Of a stretch of DNA of 64,000 nucleotides, positions 61,811-64,000 are shown piece by piece; the stretch's first letter is position 1, and each line of letters starts with the position of its first letter. The stretch is taken from the NCBI RefSeq assembly GCF_018977255.1, contig NW_024704743.1:114082001-114146000 (forward strand). The letters run 5' to 3'. The notes under the pieces were generated by a model. It searched no databases and had not been told where the DNA came from. It worked only from the letters and a program-made list of their open reading frames with translations. The stretch comes from Callorhinchus milii. Its lineage: Eukaryota. The position numbers and the translations under genes were made by a program.

Positions 61811-63841
61811 CATAGAAACGTAGAATCAGGAGAAGGTCATTCAGTCCCTCAAGCCTGTTCTTCAATTCTATAAGATCATGGCTGATCTGCACCTCAATTC
61901 CAATTACCCGCTCTTGCCCAGTATCCCTTATTACCCTGACCTAACAAATATCTATCCACCTCAGTCTTGAAAATGTGAATGGATCCAGCATCCACAGCCT
62001 TTTGGGGGAGAGAGTTCCAAATTTCCACAACCCTTTGGGTAAAAAACTGCCTCCTGATTTCACTACTAAATGGCTAGATCTAATTTTAAGATTATGCCAC
62101 CTTGTTCTGGATTCCCCTACCAGAGGAAATAGTTTATCTGTATCTAGTCTATCGAAACTCTTTATTATTTTAAAAACCTCAATCAGATCACCCCTCGACC
62201 CTCTAAACTCAAGGGAACAGACAACAAGTTTATGCAACCTGTCCTCATAATTTAACCCTTTAAACCCTGGTATCAATCTGATGAATCTGTGCTGCACCCC
62301 CTCAGGAGCTAATATATCCTTCCTGGGGTGCGGTGCCCCAAACTGAACTCAGTACTCCAGATGGGTCTAACCAAAGCTCTATACAGTTCTGTCATTTCTA
62401 TCAAGCACTATCATTTCCTTTCCATTATATTCCAGCCCCCTTGAGATAAATGCCAACATCCCATTAGGCTTTTTGATAACTTTTTGTAGCTGTGAGCTTG
62501 TTTTTAGTGATTTGTGTATGTGGACACCCAAATCCCTTTGCTCTTCCACAGTTCTTAGTTTCCCAACCCTAATTCTGTTTTGCTATTTTTGGATTCATAG
62601 TGGATCCAAAAATGCATAAGAACATAATGCTAGACGAAAAAAGACCAAGGTCCATCAAGTTTGCCTTCCGTCTTCCTGGCGGAAGAACATAAGAACATAA
62701 GAACATAAGAAAATAAGAACATAAGAAATACATTATACTTCCCCACATTGATTTCCATCTGCCACAGTTTTGCCCACTCACTTAATCTATTCTAAGCCCC
62801 TTTGTAACTTCCTGCTCCCATCTACACAATTTACTGTGCCTCCTAACTTTGTGTCATCTTCAAATTTTGATATAAAACAACAACAAAAAATTCCATTTGT
62901 ATAGCGCCTTTCACATCAGGAGGACGTCCTAAGGCGCTGAACTCTCTATTCCTTCATCCAAGTCATTTATATATATGGTGAAAAGCTGAGGCCCCAGTAC
63001 AGAACCCTGGGGAACACCACTTGTCACGTCCTGCCAATCAGAGAAAATTAATTTTATCCCTACTTTCTGTTTCCAGCCTCCTAACCAATTACCAAGCCAC
63101 GTTGCAAGGTTACCTCCGATTCCACGTCCTTTTATTTTTGCTGATAAGATCTTATGCAGAACCTTATCAAATGCCTTTTGGAAGTCCATGTAGACGACAT
63201 CCATAGACACTCTCTCATCCACCATGTTAGTGACCTCCTCAAAAAATTAAACGAGGTGCGTCAGTCATGACCTACCCTTCACAAATCCACGCTGACTCTC
63301 TTTGATTAGCTCACACTTTTATCCAAGTGCTCAGTCACTCTGTCCCTGATTAGAGATTCCAGTAACTTCCCCACAACTGAAGTTAAGCTGATAGGCCTGC
63401 AGTTACCTGGATTCTCCCTCCTTTCTTAAGTAATGGAGTAACATCTGAAATTCTCCAATCGAAAGGCACAATTCCAAATATAGAGAGCTTTGGAAAATTA
63501 TGACTAATGCATCTGTGATTTCCTCTCTTACTTCTCTTAATACCCTGGGGTGGAATCTATCAGGTCCTGGAGATTTGTCTATCTTTAGTCCCATTATTTC
63601 CTCCATTACCTTTTTTTTATTTTTATTAAAATCATTCAATACTTTGGCTTATTTTTAGGTTCCCTTGTACCTCTAGTATTTTGTCCTCTTCCTCTACCGT
63701 GAAAATGGAAGCAAAGTATTCATTCAACAAGCCTGCCATTTCCTTATTGTCCATTATAGTCTCACCTACATTTGTTTTTAATGGGCCCGCATTCCCCTTT
63801 ACCACTCTCTTTCTCTTAATATACCCATAAAAACTTTTATG
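61811..63841 (-). mobile_element. CR1 LINE, 5'-truncated, degenerate ORF2; same family as 7937-9262; contains small CR1-tail and L2-tail insertions
   Basis: Peptides [72 protein letters not shown]; 3' UTR matches 9140-9262. Confidence 0.95.
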
Positions 63842-64000
63842 CCACATCATCAAAAGAACTCTGAATGGAATTTTTGACCAGATGAGTTGGAAGAAGGAAT
63901 ACAAACTTGCATTTTTATATGACATTTAACATTGAAACATATCAAAGCTCTTACCTGGATACTTGCTTCGAAGTGTAGTGCATGTCTTTTGCAGGCAAAA

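Overview
Vertebrate genomic DNA, most likely a cartilaginous fish. This is inferred from the shark-type DeuSINE, CR1, L2 and Penelope-type repeats; a chimaera such as elephant shark is plausible but unproven. The window holds six consecutive internal coding exons of SLCO5A1 (OATP5A1) on the + strand: 1-156 (partial), 50396-50528, 51601-51824, 57030-57194, 58906-59104 and 60527-60686. All have GT/AG boundaries and compatible phases, and a ~50 kb intron separates the first two. The introns are packed with a tRNA/CORE-like SINE, a Deu-domain SINE sharing the same L2-type 3' tail, L2 and CR1 LINE fragments, solo-LTR candidates and many nested insertions. Most notable: (i) a ~140 bp mobile element carrying a minimal hammerhead-ribozyme motif, one copy with a 15-bp target-site duplication; (ii) a U2 snRNA 5' fragment fused to a SINE just downstream of a splice donor; (iii) a perfect 77-bp-arm palindrome inside an old L2, part of a recurring fold-back signature at retroelement junctions; (iv) a templated inverted duplication bracketing a coding exon; (v) an unclassified repeat carrying CTCF-like motifs in convergent orientation. 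Almost all ORFs in the supplied track are spurious or repeat-derived. Repeat boundaries are approximate because alignment was by eye.
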